A stretch of DNA of 64,000 bases from Macrostomum lignano (GCA_002269645.1 NIVC01000135.1:62001-126000); one strand, 5' to 3'; positions 10,303 to 23,664 are shown, counted from the stretch's first letter. Translations and numbers: made by a program. Notes: a model not told the origin generated them from the sequence alone.

Positions 10303-12569
10303 GGCCAGGCTGGGTTTGTCAGTGCGGCATGAAGCAGAATATTGCCGAATCTCTGTGCGAGAGAGAGGCTAAATAACAGCAGCCTCATTGATGCGTTGCC
10401 ATGGAGACTCTCAGCAGGCTGCCGCTTGCCTATCGGTAAACAGAGCTCTGTGGGAGCGGAATGAGCCGGATTGAAATCCATCAGCGCCATGCATTAACTC
10501 GCTCTTGCCCTTAGCCAGAATCAGTGGAGCTTGGAGACCGTTGGGAGTCTCGATTTGCTTTCTGCCGTTGTCGAATCGAGGCTGCAGCAACTGCTCATAG
10601 CCTCATGAGCCCTCATCGAGATCTGTAAAAAATGCTCCTGTTTTGCAACCACTGCACCGATTGAGTTGAGTTGAGTGAGGTGTCGATCGATAGAAAACTT
10701 TTAGATCTATCGAATGAATATACTTTTAAGTGCAGATATTTTTTTAACTGAGCCGTAAATTAACTGGAAAGACATTTTTTCAAAAGTGCTTCTAGGAGAT
10801 CTCAAAATTCTAGTACACCTTACGAGATGAGATACGGCTTCGACATCTGAAGATCAAAGTTTTCAAATTAAATTTCCTACAAAATGGTATATGGCGCTTC
10901 AATTTATTTCTGCATTTTTATGCAGTTTTGGTGGGTTTTTTGGGTAAAAAAATGACCCTCATTTTATTATTTCGCCCCCTTTTCCTACGAAGCTTTCTGA
11001 GTTTGGGCTTCAAAGCAGTGCAGTTGGATGCGCAATGCAAAAATCTACAAGTGTCTAAATTTCTGTTTTCCTGCGATTCTGCAGTGCTGAGAAATCGACA
11101 AGAATCGATTTTTTTAAAAATCGCCTGACTTTCGCATTATTGCTCATTATAATTTTGAGAAAATGGTGCGAATAATCCGACTTCGAATTTCTATAGCACT
11201 GTACTATATTGGTTTAAATTTCCGCCGTCTAATTTCGCTGCTTTCGGGTTGAAAAATCGATCAGAAATCGATAATTAGTGATTTTTGGCTGATTGGGTGC
11301 CCGAAAAATGGATGAATAAAATTTTAAAAGAATGGTAGATCAAAAGCGGATACCGCAACGAGTCGTCCTTATGTCTGGCTAAAATCAACCAAATTTTTGA
11401 GTGTCTGCAACAAGTGCTCATGTGTCAAAAGTGATTGGAAATCGATCAGAGTAGTGACTTTTTATGTTTGGCTGGAAATCAGGCAAAAAACGCAATAGGA
11501 CGGCAATATTTTTATGACGCCTGATTTCCCACATAACGAGGCTGCAATTTCTAGAGATTCGGTTCATTGGGTAAAAAATTATCGATAAAAAACTGAAAAC
11601 TTGATTTGTGACACTTTTGCTACTTCCGGGGCTAATTAACCGGGGGGCTGTGGCGTGAGGGCTTGGCGGCTTGGTTTGGAGGGCGTGTAATAGAGCTTCA
11701 TTTGACTCGCGCACAGACCAAGGAAAATTAGATCGATAAACGGGCGTCACTTTTTTCATCTTAGACATTTATTATAGGTGGATTTAGCTCTTTAACTGCA
11801 CATTTGATTTGCAAGCCCAGTTCAAAGTTTGGCGGGGGCAAGCTCCAAGTCACTACGTGTACAATCCTTCCCCAGACTATAAGGTTGCCTCCATTTCTCT
11901 TAGGGTCTTTTGTGAGCCTGGAGTGAAATGGGTGTTAGCCATCCACCCCTCGCGCTGTACTTTGTGCCGCCTTTGTGCGCCGTCCTCTCTACCCCCGTGG
12001 GGTGGGGGGGGTTTGCTCACCCGCTTATTTATATGCACGCCGCCCTCTGTGCCCGTCGCTCGCTTTGGCTTTGCAGCGCAATTTTTTTTACACACATTTT
12101 ATTTTTTAAATCTCGTTTTCTTGCAAAATACACTTATCCCCACCTTTCCTTTCCCCACCTCTCGCGCTGCTTCGGGCCATAGACCTTTGCCTGCCTGCTG
12201 TTCCTCTCATTTGCTGTTGGGGTGTGATTGGTTAACAGGCGATACGGCTTATGAAGTAGCTAGCTATTTACAGTGTTTTGGAAAGACCTTTATTTATAGC
12301 TTTCTTTGCAACTCCGTTGGAGAAGAGGCGTGCGGTATCTTAAGTGTACTATCTGATTGAGAGTACGAGGTTTATGTCCCACAAAACTGGCCTGACTTTC
12401 CAAGCACTTCAGCTGATGCTGAGGATCATGCGCCGAAACAACCAGCTTAATGAGGTCGAGGTGGTATAACCCTGCTACGCTCTGGAGACTTTGGTCATTA
12501 GACAATTTTTAGATCGAGGCCTTCGAGGGCCTATTATAGAAGATTCGATTCTAGCTCATGGCTGCGGGT

Positions 12570-12725
12570 CAGATGAGAGAGAAAATGAAAGAAAATAGAG
12601 AGAGAAGAGAAAAGAGGAGATAAGAGATAAGACGAGAGCGAAGCGAGAGGAGAGGAGAGAGGGAGACTAGAGAGAGATTAGAGAGGAGGGAAACAGAACA
12701 GATAAAGAGAGAAAATGGGAGAAGT
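12570..12725 (+). repeat. GA-rich low-complexity tract
   Basis: Imperfect (GA)n/(GAGAA)n sequence. Confidence 0.8.
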
Positions 12726-13518
12726 AGAGATTTACATTTTTCTCGAGCTTCTCAAAGTTCTTTTTCATCGGTACAAAACTAGGTTTATCAAGTAGTATGA
12801 AGACCCGCGTCTAAAAAGAAGCCCGTTCACTGGTGGCAAGAAGACGTGTGCGTCTTCATACTACTTGTAGATTTATTTAGATAGTTTAGAACTTTATATA
12901 GATCAGAGAAGCTTGTTTGCGTCTTTGAAAATCAATATTCACTCAGCTCTCTATATTAGTGCGTGCCCACAGTGCCTTCACTGCGCTTCTCTCATCTTAG
13001 CCTAAAGCCTAATTTGCCAAATTTGGTTCAAGTTCGGCCATAGACTAGGATTTTAGCGCTTTGTATTAAGACTGAGTTAAGCAGCTTTTGCGATCTCCTC
13101 AATTTAGTCTATGGCCAGTGGCCTCTGTGCAGTACAGTTCCATTCTGAGCGCCTTCCCCCAGCTTTTGTTAAGCTAGCAGACAAGCGAGCGGCGATCGCA
13201 ACTCTGAGGCTCAGATAAGTTTTGTTCAACGAAGGACCAAGACTGGGTAAGTTTGATTTCTGACCAATTCTGCCATGCCTTATATATGGAATCTTTGTTC
13301 GCAAAGCTGTTCCATTTTTAATTTAGGGAACTATATAAGCTGTTGAAACCCGCGGCTTTTGTATGAGCCCACTAAATTACAATCCTTGGAATTATTTTTT
13401 TGTATGCATTTTTAAATCTGATGTCATATTTAAACAAAAACTTGTTAATATTTATAGGATAAAAGTTAACAATGTGAGACTATAAAGTTTTAATAGAAGA
13501 TGAATCTTTTAAAAGATA

Positions 13519-14560
13519 GATCCAGCAGGCCTGGCGCCCCCTTCCTTTCCAGCAGGCCTGGCGCTCCCCCTTTCCAGCAAGCCTGGCGCCCCCCTCCTTT
13601 CCAGCAGGCCTGGCGCCCCTTCCTTTCCAGCAGGCCTGGCGCCCCCCCTTTCCAGCAAGCCTGGCGCCCCCCTCCTTTCCAGCAGGCCTGGCGCCCCCTT
13701 CCTTTCCAGCAGGCCTGGCGCTCCCCCTTTCCAGCAAGCCTGGCGCCCCCTCCTTTCCAGCAGGTCTGGCGCCCCCTTCCTTTCCAGCAGGCCTGGCGCC
13801 CCCTCCTTTCCAGCAGGTCTGGCGCCCCCTTCCTTTCCAGCAGGCCTGGCGCTCCCCCTTTCCAGCAAGCCTGGTGCCCCTCTCCTTTCCAGCAAGCCTG
13901 GCGCCCCCCTCCTTTCCAGCAGGCCTGGCGCCCCCTTCCTTTCCAGCAGGCCTGGCGCTCCCCCTTTCCAGCAAGCCTGGCGCCCCCTCCTTTCCAGCAG
14001 GTCTGGCGCCCCCTTCCTTTCCAGCAGGCCTGGCGCTCCCCCTTTCCAGCAAGCCTGGTGCCCCCCTCCTTTCCAGCAGGCCTGGCGCCCCCCTCCTTTC
14101 CAGCAGGCCTGGTGCCCCTCTCCTTTCCAGCAAGCCTGGCGCCCCCCTCCTTTCCAGCAGGCCTGGCGCCCCCTTCCTTTCCAGCAGGCCTGGCGCTCCC
14201 CCTTTCCAGCAAGCCTGGCGCCCCCTCCTTTCCAGCAGGTCTGGCGCCCCCTTCCTTTCCAGCAGGCCTGGCGCTCCCCCTTTCCAGCAAGCCTGGTGCC
14301 CCCCTCCTTTCCAGCAGGCCTGGCGCCCCCCTCCTTTCCAGCAGGCCTGGTGCCCCTCTCCTTTCCAGCAGGCCTGGTGCCCCTCTCCTTTCCAGCAGGC
14401 CTGGCGCCCCCTTTCTCCTTTCCAGCAGGCCTGGCGCCTCTCTCCTTTCCAGCAGGCCTGGCGCCTCTTTCCTTTCCAGCAGGTCTGGCGCCCCCTCTTC
14501 TCCAGCAGGCCTGGCGCCTCCTCTTTTCCAGTAGACCTGGCGCCCCCCTCCATTCCAGCA
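13519..14560 (+). repeat. GC-rich minisatellite, unit about 25-27 bp (TCCAGCAGGCCTGGCGCCCCCTTCCTT)
   Basis: About 40 tandem copies with minor variants. This array explains all the long overlapping ORFs between 13480 and 14757. Confidence 0.95.
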
Positions 14561-14847
14561 GGCTTGGCTCCGCCAGAAATGGGGACATTAAAATGCGTGG
14601 ACATAGTTGCCACAAATGCACACTCACTCTTGTATTGAAATTGGCTTATTCGGTTTCGTATTACTACACGATATAAGCGTATTTGCGCATACGCGTACGT
14701 ATCCGTCAATAATTTAGGACACAAACAGTAACTTGTAAATACAGTCTGATTTAGCATTATGATTGCTAACGCATTTGTATTTGATTGTTATTGTTAATTA
14801 TGAGGCAAATTTCTTTCGATTGTGATCAAAATTCAATATAATATCAA

Positions 14848-15610
14848 TATAGCTTTTGGCAGCCTATTTGGGCTTACGCGCATTTAATTTAATCCAAGAT
14901 ACGTTTGCCAATGTAATGGAGCTTTTGTCTATGGTAGCAAGGCTGCCGCTGCGGCATTTAGTTTAGTCCAACAAGCATCAATTTGGTCCAAATGCTTGTG
15001 AGCCAATGGCAAAATTTTGCGTTCTTGCAACTGCCTAAGGGTTGTTGCGCACCGCTGGAATTTCAGCGTCTGTACCAGCAATTTCCAGTCGCTTTTCCTG
15101 AGCTCTGCTGATAGTCCAAATCTGATAACCAACTGGAACTGTTCCTTCAACTGCTGCTGAAATTTCTGCAACGTCAACAAAGGGTTCGTCTCAATTGCAT
15201 TAGATAGCAGTTGGACCTGAGTATCTAGCAACGTGCCTTGGCGATTGCCACCCTTTCACAGGCGACCTATGCCAGAAGTGGTTTCAACACGCTGATGGAT
15301 GCTGTAAACCATCTTTCTTCTATATTCAGCAGCCTTGCAATGTCCTTTGGATGTTCACCTCTGTTGAGTGCTTTGATGACAAGCCAGTGGCATACGTTCG
15401 ACAACCTAGCATGGTTCACAATTCTGGGGCTGGTGCTGCTCCTCCGCAACAGTTGCAAATAAAGCTATGGACTAAATTGATGCTTGTTGGACTAAATTAA
15501 GTGGCGCTGTGGCAGCCTTGCTACCATAGACAAAAGCTCCGGTACATTGGCAAACCTATCTTGGATTAAATTAAATGCGCGTAAGCCCAAATAGGCTGCC
15601 AAAAGCTATA
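14848..15610 (-). mobile_element. Internally deleted Tc1/IS630-like DNA transposon
   Basis: TIRs of about 137 bp (14848-14984 and 15474-15610) end in TA on both sides. The interior encodes only degenerate HTH segments (GEHPKDIARLLNI; KGGNRQGTLLDTQVQLLSNAIETNPLLTLQ). No DDE domain is present. Confidence 0.8.
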
Positions 15611-15691
15611 GTATAGCTAATATATCTTACTTACATAGAGAAAGAGCACAACCGTACAAAGTTGTGACCTAGCTTTGAGAACGACCGAGCC

Positions 15692-17100
15692 GATGAGATG
15701 TCATTGGAATCAATGATTGAATGGAATTCGAATGAAGGCATGTTCTTCGGCTATGTTGGCAAAGGATATGATGGCAAGGCAAGTGATCAGGAGGCGACGT
15801 CGGCATTGGTAGTGATGGCTGTGGGTCTGAAGAACTATTGGAAGTTGCCATTGGGTTATTTTCTAGTAAATGGTGTGGATGGTGAATTTTTGTATAGTGT
15901 TGTAGAAGACTCAATTCAGAGGCTTTATCAGGTTGGCGTTGTCGCCACATCGTTCACATGCGATGGATTGCAGCACAACATTTGAGCTATTGAACTTCTT
16001 GGGACTAAAATTAGTTCTCCGGATTCAATTGTCGCCACGTTCCCTCATCCTTGTGACCCAAGCATTCAGGTTTCTGCCTTCCTCGATCCGCCTCATATGT
16101 TGAAGCTGACTCGCAATCAGTGGCAGTCATTATGCACGGTAGTTTGGCCAAATAGGGGGAATATTGATTGGAAATCTGAAGGTCTATTTGGCATCCCAGC
16201 TTTTTAGTAAGTCAGTTGCTGACTCCCTGCGGAGGGTACATCAGCAAGCTTTGGCCGGATTCGAGCACCATGATGTACTTGTGACGGCAGATTTTATTGA
16301 GCACATGAATGTCTTGTTCGACGCCTTTAACTCCAAGCGACTAGTAAATTACGAGGCCAAAATGGCTCTAAGAGCTGACAACCAGTCGGACTTTATTGAC
16401 TTCTTTAACTGACTCCATTAAGCTTCTCGGAAGTCTTGAAAATCTGTCTGGACGCAAAATTGTTGAAACTGCAAAGAAAACAGACTTTCTCGGCTTCATG
16501 GTGAATTGTGAGGCTGATATGGCCCTTGCCAAGTATTTGTTTTCAAGTTGTGGTTTTTTTCTTTGCACTTACAAGTTGTCGCAGGATTTTCTAGAGTTAT
16601 TTTTTAATGCCGTCAGACTTTGAAACGGCTGGAATCACAATCTGACTCCGTGACAGTTTCGCTCAGCCTTTAGACAGTTACTAGTGCACCCTGGAGGTGG
16701 AATTATCCAATCGACTAGTCCCAATGTTAAGCAACAGGATGCCACTATTTAGTTGTCATTATCTTGTCTGCCTTCGTCACAATCAACAGAGGCAGGAATA
16801 CCTCAATGGAAGCAAATAAGTGCTCAGAACAGTTTGGGTTTAAGCTTTAATTCCATTCAACATTGTGTGAATGCATCAAAATGTAAAGTATGCCAGTCGA
16901 TTGTGTATTACATTGCAGGGGCAGTGGTCCGTAGTATGCTTAAATTAATTGAATGCGCCCCGTGCAGATCAGCACTCATTTCCAGCACTGAAATGTCAGC
17001 GGCTGCACGGTTGCCCTGGTCTCTTGTCACCATGAAAAATGTGCTGAATAAAGCAGGGACTGGGGGTTGATTTTTCCAAGCAGCAATGTCTTGCAAGTTT
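15692..17100 (+). pseudogene. P-element/THAP9-like transposase pseudogene
   Basis: Motifs DEMSL, ATSALVVMAVGLKNYWKLPLGYF, TCDG, LDPPHMLKLTRN, LKVYLASQLFSKSVAD, YKLSQDFLELFFNAVR and YIAGAVVR. Multiple stops and frameshifts. No THAP domain or TIRs seen. Confidence 0.85.
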
Positions 17101-17864
17101 TGCTTCATGCCTAAATAATCATTCGACATTCAAACTATAACTGCGGATTTTCTAGCGATGTGGCTGTCCAGGAGACGTTGCGCATGTCAGTTGATGCATT
17201 TGCAGAACTTGACTTGCATTCCGCAGCTGCCAGAATTGGCATTGAATCCCACAAGCTTCATAATTATAAGTAATATTATAAAGTTTTAAAGAAAACAACC
17301 AGGCCCCCAGGTTTGGGGATTCCCCGGTTAGATGTACATTGGGCAGGCAGGAGGGAAGGAGAGGAAATCCCAGTAGCGAGCAGCCCCCAGGCTGACGAAG
17401 AGAAAGGAGGAGGAGGCAGGTGGAGTACTGCATCCATTAGAATACTGTGTTGTAAACTCTGAATCAGTCAGCTCTTCATACAAACAATAAACACTAGTAG
17501 TACTCATATAGCTCAGCTCAGCTTATCTACCTACTACTATCATTATCCACCCCAACCCAACCACTTACCTGTCACAGTCTAGTTTATTTTTGGGAAACGC
17601 TGCGCTGGCCGAGAAATGTGAAATTTCTCTAAGTGTCAAAATTATTTTGACTTAGAAAATTTTCGCGCTGAAAAAAAACTTTTTTCTTCTGGGGATGCTT
17701 GCTTTCTGAGTGATGATTGCTGCTGTCTAGATCTCGGGTGATTGCTCACTGTCTAGCTCTGGTGGATTGTAGAGATGAGCGGAGAGTGAAGAGAAGCGAG
17801 AGTAGAATTGATAGAGGACAGAGATTGAAGAGTTGAGATAAGAAATTTGGGAGACGCTTGTTAT

Positions 17865-18030
17865 CTGGGTGATGCTATCTATCTGGGTGATGCTTACTAT
17901 CTGTGGGATGCTTACTATCTGGGGGATGCTTGCTATCTGGGGGATGCTTTCTATCTGGGGATGCCTGCTGTATGAGGGATGCTTTCTATCTGGGGGATGC
18001 CTGCCGTATGAGGGATGCCTGCTGTCTGGG
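17865..18030 (+). repeat. Degenerate GATGCTTGCTATCTGGG-type repeats
   Basis: Same motif as the arrays at 27500-27700, 31920-32150 and 37470-37700. Confidence 0.6.
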
Positions 18031-18746
18031 AGATGAATCTTCTTCATACTAATCTGTCTGGGGAACCGCAGTGTGATATCTTGGAAACTCTGCGTGGATA
18101 AACTGCAAGTAGTCTACTGTGTAAACAAACGACTCGTGGTACTATATTTACAGTATCGAGGTCGTGGAATCGCGGTAGCAACGCACTAGCAGCAATAACA
18201 AGCATTGTATCGATTCACTGATGCTTAGTATGATATATATTCCAGAGGATTTATATGCTTTATAATTTATTTATAGTTTTATAATTTATAATTTATATGA
18301 TTTATAATTATAATTAAAAAAACAAGAAGATATCAAGCGCGATATTTTTTTGTAATTAACAATCCATCAGCCACTCGCTTGGTCTCGCTTCTCGCTTGCA
18401 TATTGCATTATTAGATAGACTGTTATTAATATATTAGTTAGAGCGCGCTCGATATTATCTTGGTGGATGAAACGCACACAATCAAGCTAAATCGCTCCAT
18501 ACTATTTACATTGCAATAAAGCAACAATAAAAAACGCACTAATAATCTATATACTGGACTGGTTTGTGCGGCGAAAGTGCACAAACCGGCTTTAGTGCCC
18601 AGCGCGTTGATTGTACATCGCCGCCTGCCCCCCCCCCCTTTGGGTGGCAGGGGTGTTTTTAAACCCCCGTCGCGCTCTACTGGCGGCTCACTTTGCCTTC
18701 TCGCAGTGAATTTTTTTGACTTGGAAATAGAAACTTTTGCTGAGTC

Positions 18747-19230
18747 ATGAACCGCAACCGTAGCCAGTCAGCCGATTCCGTCCCCACAACTGTGCCAGCA
18801 CTGTGAGGGAAACTAAAGGAGCTTGGTTTGCCAACCTCTGGCAACAAAGCAAAACTAGTCCAAAGGCTTCGCGCCCATATTCAAGACGTGGAGACCTCTG
18901 TCGAGAGTGACGAGCTGACGAACGTTCAGGCCATTCTGCGAGCTACAGGGCAGAACTCGGCGGTAGCGAGCAGCGGGGGCAGCCCCCCAAATCGGCGACA
19001 GGTCGAGAACGGTGGGTCTGGCGCGGCTGGCGGCCTGGACGAACAGCTGCTGGAGGCGGAGAAGCGAATCCGTCTGCTGAAGCTGCGCAAAGAAGAAGCG
19101 CAGCTGGAATCCGAGTTCGCGTTATTAGTGCAGCATGAAGTTGGGCAGCAGCATGAGAACATAAGAGCCTCAGGGAGAAGTACCAGTAGCGTCTACCGAA
19201 TCGTTGACTTCGTCAGCAAGCGCAAGCAGT
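18747..19230 (+). pseudogene. 5' fragment of a second Ngaro-type ORF1 (SAP + coiled coil)
   Basis: TVPAL*GKLKELGLPTSGNKAKLVQRL is a SAP motif with an internal TGA. AAGGLDEQLLEAEKRIRLLKLRKEEAQL aligns to ORF1 at 2408. Similarity ends after YRIVDFVSKRKQ. A GC-rich terminus-like block lies upstream at 18550-18720. Confidence 0.75.
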
Positions 19231-19593
19231 GTCTTCTAGGCCAGAGTAAGTCTAAAGAAGTGGCGGTCGAATATTATGATCGCACTAATAATCTATATAC
19301 ACACATGGTTCATGTACGTAATAATCTGTGACGGGAAAACAAACGCACGTACATCTAGTCATATATATATACGTGTGCGCGCATAATTTTATGTACAGTT
19401 ATACTACATATATTCATTCACATATGGTTGCGTCTACAACTGAGTGAGGCTTGATGATAAGTTTCGATTTCGTTTCACATGGTCGAAGCTTAATTTGTTT
19501 TTCTAAGAAATAATTCCTAATTACTTCTTTGTTTGTGTTGGACACAACCATTGTGATGTGGCGTAATCGGTAAAAAATAGATATTTTATTCAA

Positions 19594-22500
19594 TCAAGCA
19601 TCTGTGCGCCGAACGACACGACCTGATCGGGTGACAATACAGCTCCTGTGTTGTTGCGGTTGCTGTTGATCCGGTCGACCCCCACGCGATCCAGTCGCAG
19701 CGCAGTCAATTGCATCAACTGACTGCGATCGTCGTCGGGTGGTGTTCGAACGCATACTAGATGTTGATGGTGATCTGAGTCGCCTGCTCGATGATCGCAC
19801 ATTCGATGTCGCAGCAATCGACTGATCAACAGCCACTGAAGACGTAGCACTGTCAGTCGATGTACCAGTCAAACGAGTGCGCCGCTCCGACCGCGTCTGG
19901 ACTAATCGCCGATCGTCAGCATCATCGTTAGCAGCAGCCAATCGACTTAAATCGGCAGGTACGCTCGATCCAATGCGTGTACGTACAGAGGAGAGCAACG
20001 ACCCCGATTTAGGTACAGATCGGTTGTCACAGCGGCGGCGGTGGCTAGTCTGTACATTTGGCGTATGAGTCGCGTCATCGCTTCTTTGACAGCCAGTTGT
20101 TGCCCTGTCGTCATCGGCGTCTTCGTCAGCATCTTCATCATCGTCGGCGTCTAGATCGACGTTCGGCAAATTGATAATACCACGTCGTTTTTTTGTTGGT
20201 GGCGACTGCGGCGACTTGGATCGCGACATTCTGCTCGACGACGATGACAATGTCGACGCCAACTGGTGAGAGTTTGATTTCAGACGACTCTTACCAGCTG
20301 ACGGCGAGCGCGGCGACGGCGGTAATGAGCGAAATTTGCTGGACGATGGCGGACGCGGCGACGGCGATTTAGGGAGGCGACATTTGTCGGACGATGGCGG
20401 ACGCGGCGACGGCGATTTAGAGAGGCGACATTTGCCGGACGATGGCGGACGCGGCGACAGCGATTGAGAGCGGCGAAATTTGCCAGACGTCTTAGTCGGT
20501 GCAGTATCAACGTCGGCTTGATCGTGCTGCTCTGGCAATACGATGCTAACGCTTCGTCGTCGTCGTCTGCTTCCCGATGTCGTCGTCGTCGTCGTCGCCG
20601 ACTCACTGGTCTGCTGCTCGATTGCTGTCGCAAGCGTCGACGCATCCAAGATGGACTGTTGGACTTTTGCGCATTTCGATTTGCTCCGCTCGTCACCAGT
20701 TTGGTTGACGGCGAACTTTTCGAAACAGTCTCTCAAGTCGGTAGCAACTTCGAGTCGAGCTGCGTCAATTGCTGCGGCGGCGTAGTACCGGGTGACAACA
20801 GGCTTCGAAGTGTCGTACAAATGCGTCACCTGTTCGATCTGGTCCGGATGAAAACGCGCGTACGCAGACAGTTGATTGCGCCGTCCATCGCTGGCCCGGT
20901 ATTTGCGACCAATCACTCGAACCGAACGTCGACCACGAGCCTCGAATAGCCACCAGTGACTCGAGCCGTCCCGTTGGAAGTAGGGAAGATATAGCGCATT
21001 TCATCGGGCACTTGCACATCTAGGTCTTCGAGCGCAGGCGTGACAAACTTTTCGCACCATAGAATGAACGATTTACACAATCGTCTCGGTGACAACAGTG
21101 TTGCACCACGGCCTCGCGAACCTTGCTTGTGTGGCACCTCGCTTGGTGGTAATCGCGTTATGACGGTATCCATACTGGAGCCTTTGTTTTTTAACGCGTC
21201 TTCGAGGTGATGCCGACACAGATAGATCCACGGCAATACACGATTGCTATGGAATATTGCAGTGCCCAAGAATGCCAGCTCGCGACTGATTGGCATTATG
21301 AAATCGCGCCATCTTCCTCGCGGAGAATTCGTTTGATTGACCAGCCGCGCAATGTCGGACCAGGTACCTTCTGTTGGTAAATCTGACCAGGAATGTTTCT
21401 CGATCATATTAACCAATTCCAGTAGCCTGTTTCTTACGAGGTCATACTCTTCGACAGACAGGAACAACTCGGTGTATTTTTGTTGTCGCGCATCATCATT
21501 CAGATGGTACCGATTGTCCTGTTGTCGGCTGACTCGTCCGAGTTGCGCCTGCGTGTATTATAAGAGAAGCAAAAATTCATCTTTATGTATCATCATTATC
21601 ATCATTATCGTTCTTATCATCATCATCATCATCATCATCACCACCATCATGTGCACAATCATAGTTTATAGTTCTAATTTACACATAATATAGATTATAA
21701 TTTCAAAAATATAATCAAACAAACAAACAAACAAACAAACAAACAAACAAACAAACAGGTACTTACGTAGACAGCATCGATTCGAAGTATTAGAAACGCA
21801 GACACTGTCTTTCGATGGTATAGATTGCTGGGCAACTTCTTTACTCCGCTGGCTATTCCATGCAATAGTCTGGCCGCGGTAGTGACGTCATCTGCTGCGT
21901 CAGTGAATACGCCGTTGGGTCGTTCCGATAACCGGAGTGCCCTAATTACAGTGATGGCACCGAAATCAGACTCATTTTCCAATAGAGTCTTGACTGCGGC
22001 TAGGATGCACTGTAATTGGCATGCTTTTACTCCGGCGGTACTTGCTTGCCAGACACCGCGGGTTTTCATCTCTGTCAAATCTGTGGCAACTTGGTGCGGA
22101 GCATTTAACCAAGTCTCCAGACTGACGCCCAGCTTATGTTTTAATTTGGCAAGCGTTCCTCGAACCGCAGTGGTCAGTTGTTTCCGACGATGGACATGCG
22201 ACTTGTTTTCTTCAATCTTGTTATTAATTTTCCACCAAATATCGACAAGTCGCTTAGTCATGTCCTCGGCGATAGACTGTGCTTCACCATAGTCGATCAC
22301 GGCAAGTGGATCATCAGTCTCGCTCGCACTGCTGTCGGAACCACCCGCATTGTCATCCGCTTCGTCCTGAATGTCGGCATCGGAACCAGACGACACATCG
22401 GCGGCTTGGTCGTTGTCAGGCGGCGCTGGTACGACAATGACTCTGCCTTGCTGCTCAGAATCTGCAGTTTCATTGTCCTTGGCACACTGTTCGATCGCGT

Positions 22501-23664
22501 CCAATAAGCTGGCAACAATCTCGTCGTCTGATGTCGCGACGACGTTACCAACCGCGATCTCTTCTCCTACTTCTTGGTGCCGTTGTACCGCGCTGGCCAG
22601 TCTACCGATAGCAGGACGCTTGACCTGACTGATGCTCGTCTCGAGTGCACGGACCAGCTGTTCAGACGCCAATTCGACGTGACCATGGAGTACACGTGTC
22701 ACATCGACAATGTCTACGTCGCTAGTCTCCATGTCTGGACGAAGCTGTTCTGCAAGCCTGTCAAGTTGACTAGCTGTTTTTTGCAGATCAGTCAAATAGC
22801 CTGTTGGTTGTTTAAGCGTAAAACAATATCCATTTACTATGTAATTAGTACACGTCGATAAGTATACAATAATATTGTGCCATACTATCTACTAATATAG
22901 AAGAATTTAACGATGAATTATTATTACCTTGGAATTGGCGCGCCTTTCGTATTGTCGCATCGGCAATGCTGTTGCCGACCGAATCATTGTTAGACGATGG
23001 ATGAACACGGTTGTCGCCAGATGGTCTCTGTTCGACTGGGTTGTACAACTCGTCGACAGATTCGACGACACACGGTCTAACATGCTCAGGCGCGGCATTG
23101 GTCGGCCCGGTTGCGAACTTAGCTGCTGATTGGCGTTCGGTGTTCGATGCCGGGGTCACCGTTTGAGCGCGGCGGCGTTCACTGTTGACTGTCTTGGTCG
23201 CATTGTCTTGAAGTTTGAAAATTGGAATCACTGCTTAGTCCAACGTCTACACCGTCGAGTAAACCACTTGTAGACGGACCAGCGGATAAACTGACGACCG
23301 GCTGTTCAACAGTCTGTTGAGCAATCACATCTGTTGGGCGTGCGTTTGTTGCGTCAGGCTTTCGCTTGCATGATCGTTTTATATGTCTTTCGACACAACG
23401 AACAATCTTATGGCAGTGTGGACACATTGTCATGTTGTACACAGCACCGCCATGCTGCAACCTGGTCGCTTTCAACACAGCCAACGCCTTTGCCGTTATA
23501 GGCGCACCCGCGTTTGGACGTCGTTGTTCTTCAACACCGGTCCAGTCGAACTCGCGGATGAATGATGCGTGGCGTCTCACAAGATGTCGCACCATGCTCG
23601 TTCGACAGAGCAACTCGGCGCAGACTGGACATGCCGTATTGTCATTATTTTGATTATCGGCCAT
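19594..23664 (-). mobile_element. Intron-containing zinc-finger + tyrosine-recombinase gene (Crypton-like), about 1,200 aa, with two frame disruptions
   Basis: ATG at 23664. Zinc fingers CPVC..RHLVRRH and CPHC..RHIKRSC. Phase-matched introns 22927-22801 and 21766-21549. YR-like motifs FLGTAIFHSNR, HKQG, YIFPTSNG, SDGRR and LYDTSKPVVTRYY. Frameshifts near 23232 and 20916. S/R/P-rich tail; AATAAA after the stop. Confidence 0.65.

Noticed and set aside
13480-14757. Several 250-425 aa ORFs on both strands
   Set aside because: They are translations of a stop-poor GC-rich minisatellite and show no protein-family signal.
19877-22628. Plus-strand ORFs overlapping the ZnF-YR gene
   Set aside because: Antisense shadows of a GC-rich coding region with no motifs of their own.
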